DNA of 64,000 nucleotides, from assembly GCA_021806235.1 (NCBI GenBank), contig JAJZXU010000022.1:12606-76605 (forward strand), in the 5' to 3' direction. The stretch comes from Thermoplasmata archaeon (lineage in GTDB: Archaea; Thermoplasmatota; Thermoplasmata; Thermoplasmatales; Thermoplasmataceae). This document shows positions 38,323-48,005 of this stretch, in pieces. The notes beneath the pieces were generated by a model. It worked only from the letters and a program-made list of their open reading frames with translations, did not search any database and was not told the DNA's origin. Position numbers and translations under genes: made by a program. Each line of letters opens with the position of its first letter. Within the stretch, counting starts at the first letter, position 1.

Positions 38323-40065
38323 CTAAAATCCCCAGAACTGGTTATCCTTTCTCTTTATTTTTATTAATTCATTCATAGTTTCCTTTATATCCGGATCCAG
38401 ATCCTGATCCTTTAATCCCTTTACAACATTTTCAGGGACATCCACGTATAATTCATCATTTGCAAATATGTGCCTGTTCAGGATAACCCCAGCTATGGCA
38501 CAGGATAATTCTGATCCTTTATCCCCAAATTGTTTGCTTATATCTCCATCCCTTAAGCTCTGGACTGTACCTGCATATTTATTATTGCTATTTACTAATT
38601 TATCACCTACTTTAACCCTGCCTGATAATATTTTTATGCCCACTATTACAGGTTTGGCAGCCCTGAATATATAATCAGGCATTATGGTAAACTTTGATGG
38701 TATCGGCATACTATTTTTCTTCTCCTCTTCCATTTCATTCTTTTTAAACTTTAACCACTTATCAAGGTCCTCTATTATAGAATATATTACATTGCCTGTT
38801 ATTGCCCTTGCACTATATGTTTCTATAGCATCTTTTGCATCACTTGATAAATTTACATTAAAACCTACTATAACCTGATCCAGTGGATTATTTAATGTTG
38901 ATATATTCACTATATCCTTTTTTGTTATATCACCTATTTCAGCAGATCTTATATTAATTTTATTCTGCTCCAGCTCATATGCTATTGCTTCAAGTGATCC
39001 AATAGCCTCGGCCTTAATGGTAACACCATTTTCAGATAATTTTATATCGGGCTTTGATTCCTTAATAAGTTCATTATATGCATTCGTTATATTACTATTA
39101 TTTACCCTTATTATTGAGGTACCAGATATTACATCCAGTTTATCCGTAATTAATATCCTTATACCAGATGCAGCCTTAACACTATCTTTTTCTACAAGGC
39201 CTTTTTTCCCTGCTGTTAATAATGCCTTTATTCTTGTTGTTTTTGGGCCTTCTATTGTATTCAATGCTATTGTATCCCCTCTATTCAGGGTGCCCTGATA
39301 TAGTATTGTATCTAAAGTAGTCCCAAGCGACCCCTCCTTTTTTACCTCGATTACGGAACCCCTTGTGTTTTTTTCCTCAAACTGTATATTCTTTTCAAGA
39401 AAATGCTGTGCCAGACCTGTTAAAACCATTAAAATGTCAGGCATTCCTATATTCAATTTTGCACTTACAGGAACTATTGCAAATGATTTTGTAAAATCCG
39501 TTATTCTATCATATCTATCCGATGAAATGCCATGTATATATAAATCATTTATTATCTTGTAAATTCTATTATCCAGCTCATCCCTATATTCCTGTCTCTG
39601 ATACTTAAATACACTAGAAAATGAATCGTTTTTGCCGCTTGTAAAATATGGTATTAAATCCATTTTATTTGCAGCAATTATAAAGGGTGTTTTGTATTTT
39701 TTTAAAATATTTAATGATTCTATTGTCTGTGGCTTTAAACCCTCATTTATATCTATTACTAAAATAGCTATATCGGCCAGTGCACCCCCCATTGCACGCA
39801 TGTTTGAAAATGCAACATGCCCGGGAGTGTCTATAAATAATAATCCTGGAATTTTTATTGGTGTATCTTTAAAATATTTATCAATATTTTTTTTCAATGT
39901 TGTTTTATCTATATCGGTTGCACCTATTTTCTGCGTTATGCCACCTATTTCCCTTTTAGCATATGCAGTACCTCTAATATCATCTAATAGTGTAGTTTTT
40001 CCATGGTCAACATGGCCAAGGACGCATACTATAGGCTCCCTTAAATCTTTCTTTGTGGTTTCCAT
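38323..40065 (-). CDS. infB: Translation initiation factor aIF5B
   Basis: GHVDHGKT, GGITQ, DTPGH, NKMD, GSLEAI. Confidence 0.97.
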   Translation of the reverse strand: METTKKDLREPIVCVLGHVDHGKTTLLDDIRGTAYAKREIGGITQKIGATDIDKTTLKKNIDKYFKDTPIKIPGLLFIDTPGHVAFSNMRAMGGALADIAILVIDINEGLKPQTIESLNILKKYKTPFIIAANKMDLIPYFTSGKNDSFSSVFKYQRQEYRDELDNRIYKIINDLYIHGISSDRYDRITDFTKSFAIVPVSAKLNIGMPDILMVLTGLAQHFLEKNIQFEEKNTRGSVIEVKKEGSLGTTLDTILYQGTLNRGDTIALNTIEGPKTTRIKALLTAGKKGLVEKDSVKAASGIRILITDKLDVISGTSIIRVNNSNITNAYNELIKESKPDIKLSENGVTIKAEAIGSLEAIAYELEQNKINIRSAEIGDITKKDIVNISTLNNPLDQVIVGFNVNLSSDAKDAIETYSARAITGNVIYSIIEDLDKWLKFKKNEMEEEKKNSMPIPSKFTIMPDYIFRAAKPVIVGIKILSGRVKVGDKLVNSNNKYAGTVQSLRDGDISKQFGDKGSELSCAIAGVILNRHIFANDELYVDVPENVVKGLKDQDLDPDIKETMNELIKIKRKDNQFWGF

Positions 40066-40067
40066 AA

Positions 40068-40487
40068 TCAATGATTCAGTATTTCATTATTGTTAAAAAA
40101 TATTGGGTATTCATGGTTAAATGATTCATCTGAATCGGAAGCATGAACTATATTCTCCTCAATGTTCAATGAAAAATCTCCCCTTATTGTTCCGGGGCTT
40201 GCCTTTGATCCGTCTGTAGTTCCGCATATATTTCTGCAGGATGTTATTGCATTGTCACCTTCGAAAATCATTGCCACGATAGAACCGGAAATAAGATAGG
40301 AAACCAGACCATCGAAGAAGGGCTTTAAACTGTGCACACTATAGTGTTTTTTTGCCTGTTCTTCTGTAACAGTCATGAGTTTCATTGCGATTAATTTCAA
40401 ACCCTTGTTTTCGAACCGTGAAATTACATTACCAATTAATTTTCTTTTGACACCATCAGGTTTTATGAGTATTAATGTTCTTTCCAT
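40068..40487 (-). CDS. ndk: Nucleoside diphosphate kinase
   Basis: IKPDGV, PGTIRGDF, NIVHASD. Confidence 0.97.
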   Translation of the reverse strand: MERTLILIKPDGVKRKLIGNVISRFENKGLKLIAMKLMTVTEEQAKKHYSVHSLKPFFDGLVSYLISGSIVAMIFEGDNAITSCRNICGTTDGSKASPGTIRGDFSLNIEENIVHASDSDESFNHEYPIFFNNNEILNH

Positions 40488-40492
40488 TTATA

Positions 40493-40690
40493 TCATGCCT
40501 TTCTCATTTCCTTTATTCTATGATATTCGTTTGTCCATTTTATGTTTCTTGCAGCACGTTTTAACTGTACCATATTAACCTTGCATTTCTTTGAACAGAA
40601 ATTTAAAACAGCACCATCTTTCCTCACATATATTATTCCCGATGCCGGTTCAATGTCATGTCCACAAAAAGTACATTTTCTATTCTCCAT
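40493..40690 (-). CDS. rpl24e: Ribosomal protein L24e
   Basis: CTFCG.DIEP, FCSKKC, KWT. Confidence 0.96.
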   Translation of the reverse strand: MENRKCTFCGHDIEPASGIIYVRKDGAVLNFCSKKCKVNMVQLKRAARNIKWTNEYHRIKEMRKA

Positions 40691-40695
40691 TTATA

Positions 40696-40905
40696 TCACC
40701 TTATTGATAATCTTCTTGCTTCCCTTGCTGTCTCCCTCAACATAAGTATGTCTCCTACGGTAACAGGACCGAGTACATTCCTTGCTATTATCCTACCCTG
40801 ATCTTTACCTGCCAGTACCCTTACCTTTACTGTTGTGGCCTCGCCAGTCATGCCTGTTCTTCCCATTAATTCAACAACTTCTGCTGGAGTTGCTTCATCT
40901 GCCAT
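40696..40905 (-). CDS. rps28e: Ribosomal protein S28e
   Basis: [22 protein letters not shown]. Confidence 0.97.
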   Translation of the reverse strand: MADEATPAEVVELMGRTGMTGEATTVKVRVLAGKDQGRIIARNVLGPVTVGDILMLRETAREARRLSIR

Positions 40906-40910
40906 CTACA

Positions 40911-41471
40911 TCACTCCTCATCAGTTTCTTCTGCGGGTGCTTCTTCCTTCTTTTCTGCTTTCTTGGTTTTTTTCGGTTTCTTTTCTCCGGATTTTGATTC
41001 TTTTTTCTCTTCCTTAGGTTTCTCTTCTTTCGGTTTTTCTTCCTTCTTCTCTTCCTTCGGCTTCTCTTCCTTTTCAGGTTTCTTTTCTGCTTTCTTGTCT
41101 TCCTTACCAGATTTTACATCATTTAGTCCGGACATTATGGATTTATATGCATCTTCATTTTTTCCATAATCCGTAATTGAAAGTGATGCAGCAGAAGCTA
41201 TTCCTACCTTAACTCCAAGATCTTTTTTGTTTTTTACATATGCATAGGGAATCTTTCTTTCCTCACACAATGTTGGCAAATAAAACACAACATCCGGTGG
41301 TGAGACATCTTCTGAGATAATAACCAGTTTGGCTTCTCCTCTCTCTATTGATTTTACTACTTCATTTGTTCCTTTCTTTATCTTTCCGGATCTGTAAGAA
41401 TTTTCAACAAAGTCTAACACTTCTTTTTCTAACGATTCGGGAGCTTCAAATTTTATATAACTGTTTTCCAT
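40911..41471 (-). CDS. rpl7ae: Ribosomal protein L7Ae with a long Lys/Glu-rich C-terminal tail
   Basis: KKGTNEVVKSIERG, EDVSP, LCEERKIPY; conserved operon position. Confidence 0.95.
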   Translation of the reverse strand: MENSYIKFEAPESLEKEVLDFVENSYRSGKIKKGTNEVVKSIERGEAKLVIISEDVSPPDVVFYLPTLCEERKIPYAYVKNKKDLGVKVGIASAASLSITDYGKNEDAYKSIMSGLNDVKSGKEDKKAEKKPEKEEKPKEEKKEEKPKEEKPKEEKKESKSGEKKPKKTKKAEKKEEAPAEETDEE

Positions 41472-41832
41472 ATTAATCCTCCTTCACTTTCTAAACGTAT
41501 TGTAAACAATAATATAAATATTAGCTTATCGCCAGAATTAATATTTAAGCTTGGGTTCTGAAGCACGTTAATGTGGGTCAGATTATATAAGCATAATTTT
41601 ACGGGACCCGTATTCATTTTCTACTTTAAAGTATTAGTATGCTATTTATTATTTTACCATGGTACGGTATATAATGCCATTAAAATTAGGGATATTTTTA
41701 AGAAATCACAAATATTGAGGTCTAAATGTTTGAAACCGGTATGCCATAAATAAAACAGCAATGAATTTTTTCAGTATTTATGATAAATAATAAAATTTTT
41801 AAATGATATCGCATATGAAATATATTTCATAG

Positions 41833-42381
41833 ATGGTATCAATGTACTACACTGTAATAATAAAACCGGATAAAAATATAAGAGATAAAATTACATACAT
41901 GAAAAAGAAATTAGAGAATAAATATGGCTACACCGGAACATTAAGCAATAAAGGAGTTCATATAACTCTGCTATATTTAAAAAATTATAATAAACTGTGT
42001 ATAGATAAAATAATTAAAGTTTGTAATGAAACAAAGGAATTAACAGTGAAAATAGGTAATATAAATTATTTTGAGAAAACAAAAAATGATAAAAAATATT
42101 ACATTGTTTACATAAATGTTATCCCATCTAAGGAATTAATAATTTTTCATAAAAAACTGAACATTGCCCTGAACAAAAACGCATTTATAAATGATGAATT
42201 TGTTCCGCATTTTAGCCTTGTTAGAAAAAATGTTGATGGAAATAGGCTAAATAACATAATGAATGATTTAAAGAATTTTAATATAGATAAGGAGGTTAAA
42301 ATTAATCATATATTAATAGGGAGAAGATCTGATATGAATAAAAGATGGAATTTTAAAAGAGTATATTTCAATAAAATTTAA
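41833..42381 (+). CDS. 2H phosphoesterase (2'-5' RNA ligase family)
   Basis: Two HxT/S motifs, HITL and PHFSL. Confidence 0.8.
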   Translation: MVSMYYTVIIKPDKNIRDKITYMKKKLENKYGYTGTLSNKGVHITLLYLKNYNKLCIDKIIKVCNETKELTVKIGNINYFEKTKNDKKYYIVYINVIPSKELIIFHKKLNIALNKNAFINDEFVPHFSLVRKNVDGNRLNNIMNDLKNFNIDKEVKINHILIGRRSDMNKRWNFKRVYFNKI

Positions 42382-42403
42382 ATTGTAATTATAATAACAT
42401 ATC

Positions 42404-43612
42404 ATGAAAAATGTAATACTGTTAATAATGGATGGCCTTGGAGATAGACCGAATGAAATTTTTGATAATAAAACTGCATTGCAGCATTCATATAAACCCA
42501 ATATGGATTTTCTTGCAGAACATGGTGTAACAGGGCTAATGTCACCTGTTTCCTACGGAATTAGATCCGGATCTGATACGTCCCATTTATCAATTTTAGG
42601 ATATAGACCAGAAGATTATTATACGGGAAGGGGACCATTTGAAGCCCTGGGTCTGGGTATAGATTTAAAACCTGGGGATATAGCATTCAGAGCAAATTAT
42701 GCCTCGGTGGTAAATGATATGGTAGTTGACAGAAGGGCGGGGAGGATAAGGGATACAAGTGATTTATCGAAAGAGCTGGAAACAGAAATAAATGGAATAA
42801 AAATTATTATGAAGTCTGGTGTTGAGCACAGGGCTGCCCTGATATTAAGGGGAGACAACCTATCCGATAAGGTCAGTGATACGGATCCACATGAGGTAAA
42901 CTCAAAACCATTAAATACATCGCCATTGGATGATAACGCAAAATTTACAGCCAGTATAATAAATAAATTTTTAGAGAGGTCAAGGAAAATTTTAAATGAA
43001 CATAAAATAAATAAAGATTTAATCTCAAATGGAAAACTGCCGGCAAATGAAATATTACTTAGAGGAGCTGGAAAAGTACCTGAATTGCCAGATTTTAACA
43101 TAAAATATAATTTAAGGGCAGCGTGCATATCAGGAACGCCTTTAATAAGGGGAATAGCTAAATTGGCGGGATTTGATATAATAGATGTTGAGGGTATGAA
43201 TGGCAGGATAGATACGAATTATAAAAATATTATAAACAGTGCCATGGAGTCCTTGAATAAATATAATTTTATTTTAATAAATATAAAAGGCGCTGATATT
43301 GGTGGTCATGATAAAAAACCAGAAATAAAAAAATATGCAATTGAAGAAACTGATAGGGCATTAAAGCCATTTAAGGATGTATTAAACAATACACTGATAG
43401 TAATCACTGGAGACCACAGTACTCCATGCTCATATGGAGACCATAGCGGAGACCCTGTTCCAATATTATTCAGCACCGATGGAATAATAAATGATGATGT
43501 TAAAAAATTCGATGAATTAAGTGTTTCACATGGTTACTATAAGATAAAAAGTGATGATATAATACCATTAATACTGTCATATTCAGATAGATCTGAAAAA
43601 TACGGTGCTTAA
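42404..43612 (+). CDS. apgM: Cofactor-independent phosphoglycerate mutase (archaeal)
   Basis: MDGLGDRP, GSDTSHLS, GRGPFEA, DIGGHD, TGDHSTP, HSGDPVP. Confidence 0.95.
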   Translation: MKNVILLIMDGLGDRPNEIFDNKTALQHSYKPNMDFLAEHGVTGLMSPVSYGIRSGSDTSHLSILGYRPEDYYTGRGPFEALGLGIDLKPGDIAFRANYASVVNDMVVDRRAGRIRDTSDLSKELETEINGIKIIMKSGVEHRAALILRGDNLSDKVSDTDPHEVNSKPLNTSPLDDNAKFTASIINKFLERSRKILNEHKINKDLISNGKLPANEILLRGAGKVPELPDFNIKYNLRAACISGTPLIRGIAKLAGFDIIDVEGMNGRIDTNYKNIINSAMESLNKYNFILINIKGADIGGHDKKPEIKKYAIEETDRALKPFKDVLNNTLIVITGDHSTPCSYGDHSGDPVPILFSTDGIINDDVKKFDELSVSHGYYKIKSDDIIPLILSYSDRSEKYGA

Positions 43613-43665
43613 TTATATATTATATTTTAATAATTCATCTTATGGTATCCCGCAAATATTTTTAA

Positions 43666-44604
43666 TTAATCTCTGTTTGTTTTAATTACTTCTTTGGTTT
43701 TAGGCACATCATATTCCATTAATTCCTTACTTAAATATGATTCAGTAAAAATGGATTTTGCATCATTTAATAATATATCCAAATCATTGTATCTTGAACT
43801 GTAATGGTATAAGAACAATCTTTTAACATTTGCCGCTTTTGCTATTTCTGCTGCCTGTTTAGCCGAGGTGTGGCCGTATTCATTTACCATGGGCTCCATG
43901 GAAGAATCCATTGTTGTGTCATGTATTAAAACATCGGCATTCCTGGCAAATACCCTCATTGATTTCATTGGTCTGGTATCACCTGTATAAATTATTTTTC
44001 TTCCCTTTTTAATACCTAAAGATAAATCCTCTATTTTATATTCCCTGTTATCTATTTTTAAGGAGCCATTATTCCTTAATTCTTCAAGTTTATTTACCGG
44101 AAATTTTATTTTATCCACAAGATTTTTATCGATTTTCATTAAATCCTTCTCCTCCAGAGAATATGATAGCGCAGGTACAGAATGATCATTTTTCAATGTT
44201 TTTATATAAAATTTATCAAAGTCATATGTTTTATCTGGTTTCAGTTCATATGCATTTACCTTATACTTTATATATCCATAACAGAGTTCTGTTGCCTTTT
44301 TTATAAAATTTATTGCATCCTCTGGGCCGAATATATTTAAATCGTTTTTTCTACCCATGAATGATAATGTATTTAACAATCCAGGTAGGCCCAGGAAATG
44401 GTCGCCGTGGAAATGGGTTATAAAAATATTGCTTATATCCATAAATGAAATAGCACTTTTCATCAACTGTTTCTGCGTGCCTTCTCCGCAATCAAATAGA
44501 TTCATAATGTTATCTATATGTATTGCAACGGATGGCAAACTCCTACCTGGTTTCGGCATTGAACCACCCGTGCCTAGAAAAACAATTTTTACATTTGACG
44601 CCAT
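43666..44604 (-). CDS. rnz: Ribonuclease Z
   Basis: LGTGGSMP, DCGEGTQ, THFHGDH, GDT, GHTS, HYSSRY. Confidence 0.95.
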   Translation of the reverse strand: MASNVKIVFLGTGGSMPKPGRSLPSVAIHIDNIMNLFDCGEGTQKQLMKSAISFMDISNIFITHFHGDHFLGLPGLLNTLSFMGRKNDLNIFGPEDAINFIKKATELCYGYIKYKVNAYELKPDKTYDFDKFYIKTLKNDHSVPALSYSLEEKDLMKIDKNLVDKIKFPVNKLEELRNNGSLKIDNREYKIEDLSLGIKKGRKIIYTGDTRPMKSMRVFARNADVLIHDTTMDSSMEPMVNEYGHTSAKQAAEIAKAANVKRLFLYHYSSRYNDLDILLNDAKSIFTESYLSKELMEYDVPKTKEVIKTNRD

Positions 44605-44682
44605 AAGACTATATTAAAGAATAATATATTATATTTAATCTATAGCCATTATTAATCGTTAATGAATGATTTTATTTTAAAT

Positions 44683-45120
44683 TTATGATGTTTTATTCAA
44701 TAAATGCAATTCCCTGAGTATTATTACAAATATTTTATAATATATTGTTACCATTACCGGCATTGATATTGCAAGCACTAAAATTGGGATATAATAATGC
44801 CCCAAAATTACACTCAGTATATCAGATAATAAAATAAATAAACCTAGAATGTATATATAATGTATGTATTTTTTATAATTGTTATCATTTTTTAAAACAT
44901 TGTTAATTGCCATTTCTTTTGGGCGTATCTCTTTAAATTTCATAACATATATAACTAACACAGGTAAAAATAAGGAATCCATAATTATAATTACTGAAGA
45001 GATAGCTTTTAATATTACTTTATTGGAAGCAAGAAATATAATAACAGACATTATCAATATAAATCCAAAAGTAATAGTTTGCATTACCCACAAATAATAC
45101 ATAAATTTTTCTCTTTTCAT
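44683..45120 (-). CDS. Small multi-pass membrane protein (about 4 TM), unknown function
   Basis: ATG 45120 with SD AGGTGA overlapping the upstream stop; hydrophobic segments. Confidence 0.7.
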   Translation of the reverse strand: MKREKFMYYLWVMQTITFGFILIMSVIIFLASNKVILKAISSVIIIMDSLFLPVLVIYVMKFKEIRPKEMAINNVLKNDNNYKKYIHYIYILGLFILLSDILSVILGHYYIPILVLAISMPVMVTIYYKIFVIILRELHLLNKTS

Positions 45121-45125
45121 ATTTA

Positions 45126-46028
45126 TCACCTGCATGCCGCAGCTATACCTGCTATACTCAGGCCAAAAAAGTTTAAACTGAAAAAGAATCCCCATGCAGC
45201 TAATGGTGTTACTGACCCAAAGGATCCGATTATGGCTGCTACAGATAGTGCCATGCCCAATGCACCACCTAGGGTCATTATAATGCTATATATACACATG
45301 AAACTATAGTCTATTATTATTGATTCTGTTTTATCTATCTCCATATTCTTAATATTCTTATTTGTATCCTTAAGCATATTACCCATTGCTAATGCTATAT
45401 AGCCATATTCTATTCCGAACTTATGCATCGTATTATTACTGGAACCCATATAATTCATTGATATTAATTCAATAGAATTTATTAATGTTTTCATCTGATT
45501 ATTGTATGATGATTTATAATTCAGATTAAATTCATTGCCCAGCAATATCTTGGATGAGTTTAGGGGTACTATGTTTGCATAGATGTGTGATGTGTTGGTA
45601 TTATTGCTACCGGATATTATATCTGCTATTTCTACCTTGTAATTATTAAACCTCTCTGTAAATGCAATGGAATATCTTATATTAGAATTGTTATAGTACT
45701 GCACTAAATAATTTGTGCTGTTTGTTTTTATATAATCTGATTTGTATGGTGTAATATTATTATTACTGGCATTATCCTTATATGAGTATATGCTGTTTAT
45801 TGATGTTTTATTGATACTGTTAAAATTTATAGCTCCACTCTTGGATACAGCATAATTGTGCATGAATGTAATATTATTTATTTTTACAGATTTATCTGTA
45901 TCATTATTTGAAGCGGTTTTTTCATCTATACGGTTAATATTATTTAATGGTGCGGTATTAAAGGATATCATGATAAACATTGTAACTACTAAAATGGATA
46001 TGGCTATTACTATATTACTTCTCCTCAT
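45126..46028 (-). CDS. Secreted Asn-rich protein with a hydrophobic Gly/Ala-rich, Cys-bracketed C-terminal domain
   Basis: Signal-like MRRSNIVIAISILVVTMFIMISF; many N-x-S/T sequons; C-terminus FMCIYS...IAGIAAACR. Confidence 0.75.
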   Translation of the reverse strand: MRRSNIVIAISILVVTMFIMISFNTAPLNNINRIDEKTASNNDTDKSVKINNITFMHNYAVSKSGAINFNSINKTSINSIYSYKDNASNNNITPYKSDYIKTNSTNYLVQYYNNSNIRYSIAFTERFNNYKVEIADIISGSNNTNTSHIYANIVPLNSSKILLGNEFNLNYKSSYNNQMKTLINSIELISMNYMGSSNNTMHKFGIEYGYIALAMGNMLKDTNKNIKNMEIDKTESIIIDYSFMCIYSIIMTLGGALGMALSVAAIIGSFGSVTPLAAWGFFFSLNFFGLSIAGIAAACR

Positions 46029-46051
46029 AATATAATATAATATAATATAAT
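46027..46051. repeat. Pentamer microsatellite (ATAAT)x5
   Basis: Five tandem ATAAT units between the start codon at 46028 and a minus-strand TTTATATA box at 46051-46058. Confidence 0.85.
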
Positions 46052-46538
46052 ATATAAATATTTCTATGCATTTAATAATAAATAATACCTTGAAAATTAA
46101 GTTTTAATTTAAAGGCAACTGTTACATCTATAAACTTTTCCTAAAAACCCTTTTTTGGCTCTTTTGTATCAGATATTCCCTTTATGTTTTTGTACACACG
46201 TTTGATCCGTGAATCTATGAATTCTTGACTCTACAGTAGGAACATTTAATCATGTTATAACAATCAAATTCCTTGATCACACCAGGAAATAAAGTTATTG
46301 GGAAACGCCTATGTTGATCATTAACTGCTGGGTTTTGCACTCTTTTATCCTATATAACCTTTAAATTTGAGGTGCACCTGAATAGAAGTTATGTGCTGGG
46401 TGATTCCCATTATACAAATTCTCCGGAGAGGGTAGTAAAATTCAAAATTTCCGTTAATTTTCTCATAAAAAGAATAGCAGCAGATGACCACCGCAGTGTT
46501 TAATAAAAAGTTATTATATCATGTTTCAATATATATTT

Positions 46539-46826
46539 ATGATAAATCAGGAAGTAAACATAAAAAATAAAAAATTTACATACATAAATGAAAAACTTGG
46601 AAAGAAAGCCCCGCTGGTTATTTTAAAGGGAGATACAGGGTATATAATGTGTGGCTATTTAAATATAGATGCTGCAAATTCTCTGGGTGATATAGCGGTT
46701 AGAGTTAGTGGCGTCAATGATATAGACGATGTTCTGAATTCAAAGGTAAATTCATGTACAGATAACGCAAAAAATCTCGGCATAAAACCCGGAGATAATA
46801 TCATGGATATTATAGACAAATTATAA
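46539..46826 (+). CDS. YunC/DUF1805 family protein
   Basis: APLVILKG..GYIMCGYLN, AVRVSGV, LGIKPG. Confidence 0.85.
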   Translation: MINQEVNIKNKKFTYINEKLGKKAPLVILKGDTGYIMCGYLNIDAANSLGDIAVRVSGVNDIDDVLNSKVNSCTDNAKNLGIKPGDNIMDIIDKL

Positions 46827-46888
46827 TTGGAAATATTAGTAATCTGGTAAACCAATAATCTTATATACTTATAATCCATATAGATATT

Positions 46889-47368
46889 ATGGCAAATAAG
46901 AATGCTGAAAACAACGAAGATAATGAGAATGATGAGAAGGTAGTTAGAAAGACTATATCCATAAAAGGGGTAAGTGCTGATTTATATAACAGAATACAGA
47001 AAATTTCAAACGAAACCGGAAAAACAATAGGACAGGTAACAGATGAAGCTTACAAATCATTTGTGGGATCTGTAAACAGTGCTAAAAATATATCACAGGG
47101 ATTTTTAAATGGAATAAAGGAAGGGTCGTCAAAGTTTATAGAGAATATAAAAGAACTTGAAATAACGGGTACCGACCTGGAGGAAATAGATAGAAAAATA
47201 ATATTCAAAAACATTGACATACTTACGTTTAAGGATATAGATAACGATACATTTGATAAATATGTGAATTCAATTGTGGTGGTAAAGACCATAATAATAC
47301 CTAAAACAGTAAGCAAAGCAAGGGTACTTTTAAAAAGTAATTTTGTTGATAAAATAATAACAGAATGA
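46889..47368 (+). CDS. Hypothetical protein with an RHH-like N-terminus
   Basis: KTISIKGVSADLYNRI...TGKTIGQVTDEA. Confidence 0.65.
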   Translation: MANKNAENNEDNENDEKVVRKTISIKGVSADLYNRIQKISNETGKTIGQVTDEAYKSFVGSVNSAKNISQGFLNGIKEGSSKFIENIKELEITGTDLEEIDRKIIFKNIDILTFKDIDNDTFDKYVNSIVVVKTIIIPKTVSKARVLLKSNFVDKIITE

Positions 47369-47908
47369 TTATTTTATTTTATCCCTGTAAAAGAAAGAAC
47401 TTTCTATATCAGATATTATTATGCTATTTTTAATACTAAGAATATTTTCATATATTTTATTATGCAATGGGAGCCAGTATTTTTCCTCATAATCTGGATT
47501 TAAGGATAGCAAGAACTTATGTTTTGCCCTGAAAACGCTATCAGTAACATCCGAATTAACTGTTTCAGGATCCTTCCAGTAACCCTTCAGGTAGGAATCT
47601 ATCACCGTATTAATAATATCCAGTATATTTTTCTTTGTAATGTTTTCCGCATTTAAGGGTTTTATTTCATATTTATTTTTTATTTCATTATAGTAATTGC
47701 AATCTATACCATTAAAATAAAGGTTAAAATTTCCTTCCAGTAACATTATTTCTTTATAATTATCTCTGTTTTTCTCGTATTCATTTTCAGATATGTATGT
47801 TATAAAAATATTATTTATACCAAAACTCTTTACATATTCTGCAAAGACCTTATAGTTGTATCCTATTATATCTCCATGCATTCTGCCTATTGTAGATATT
47901 AGATTCAT
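47369..47908 (-). CDS. Hypothetical protein
   Basis: 179-aa ORF packed tail-to-tail with its neighbour. Confidence 0.65.
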   Translation of the reverse strand: MNLISTIGRMHGDIIGYNYKVFAEYVKSFGINNIFITYISENEYEKNRDNYKEIMLLEGNFNLYFNGIDCNYYNEIKNKYEIKPLNAENITKKNILDIINTVIDSYLKGYWKDPETVNSDVTDSVFRAKHKFLLSLNPDYEEKYWLPLHNKIYENILSIKNSIIISDIESSFFYRDKIK

Positions 47909-48005
47909 ATTACATGTATATCTAATAATTTAAAATATTTATCTAAATTTTACCATCTCATATTTCTATTTAGTAATTCATAATTGAATGCCATTAATTA
48001 ATAAC

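Noticed and set aside
41472..41540. K-turn autoregulatory element in the rpl7ae leader
   Set aside because: A partial match exists (UUCU-GGC-GA / UGA-AGGA), but the non-canonical stem is weak and the 5' strand probably lies upstream of the likely TSS.
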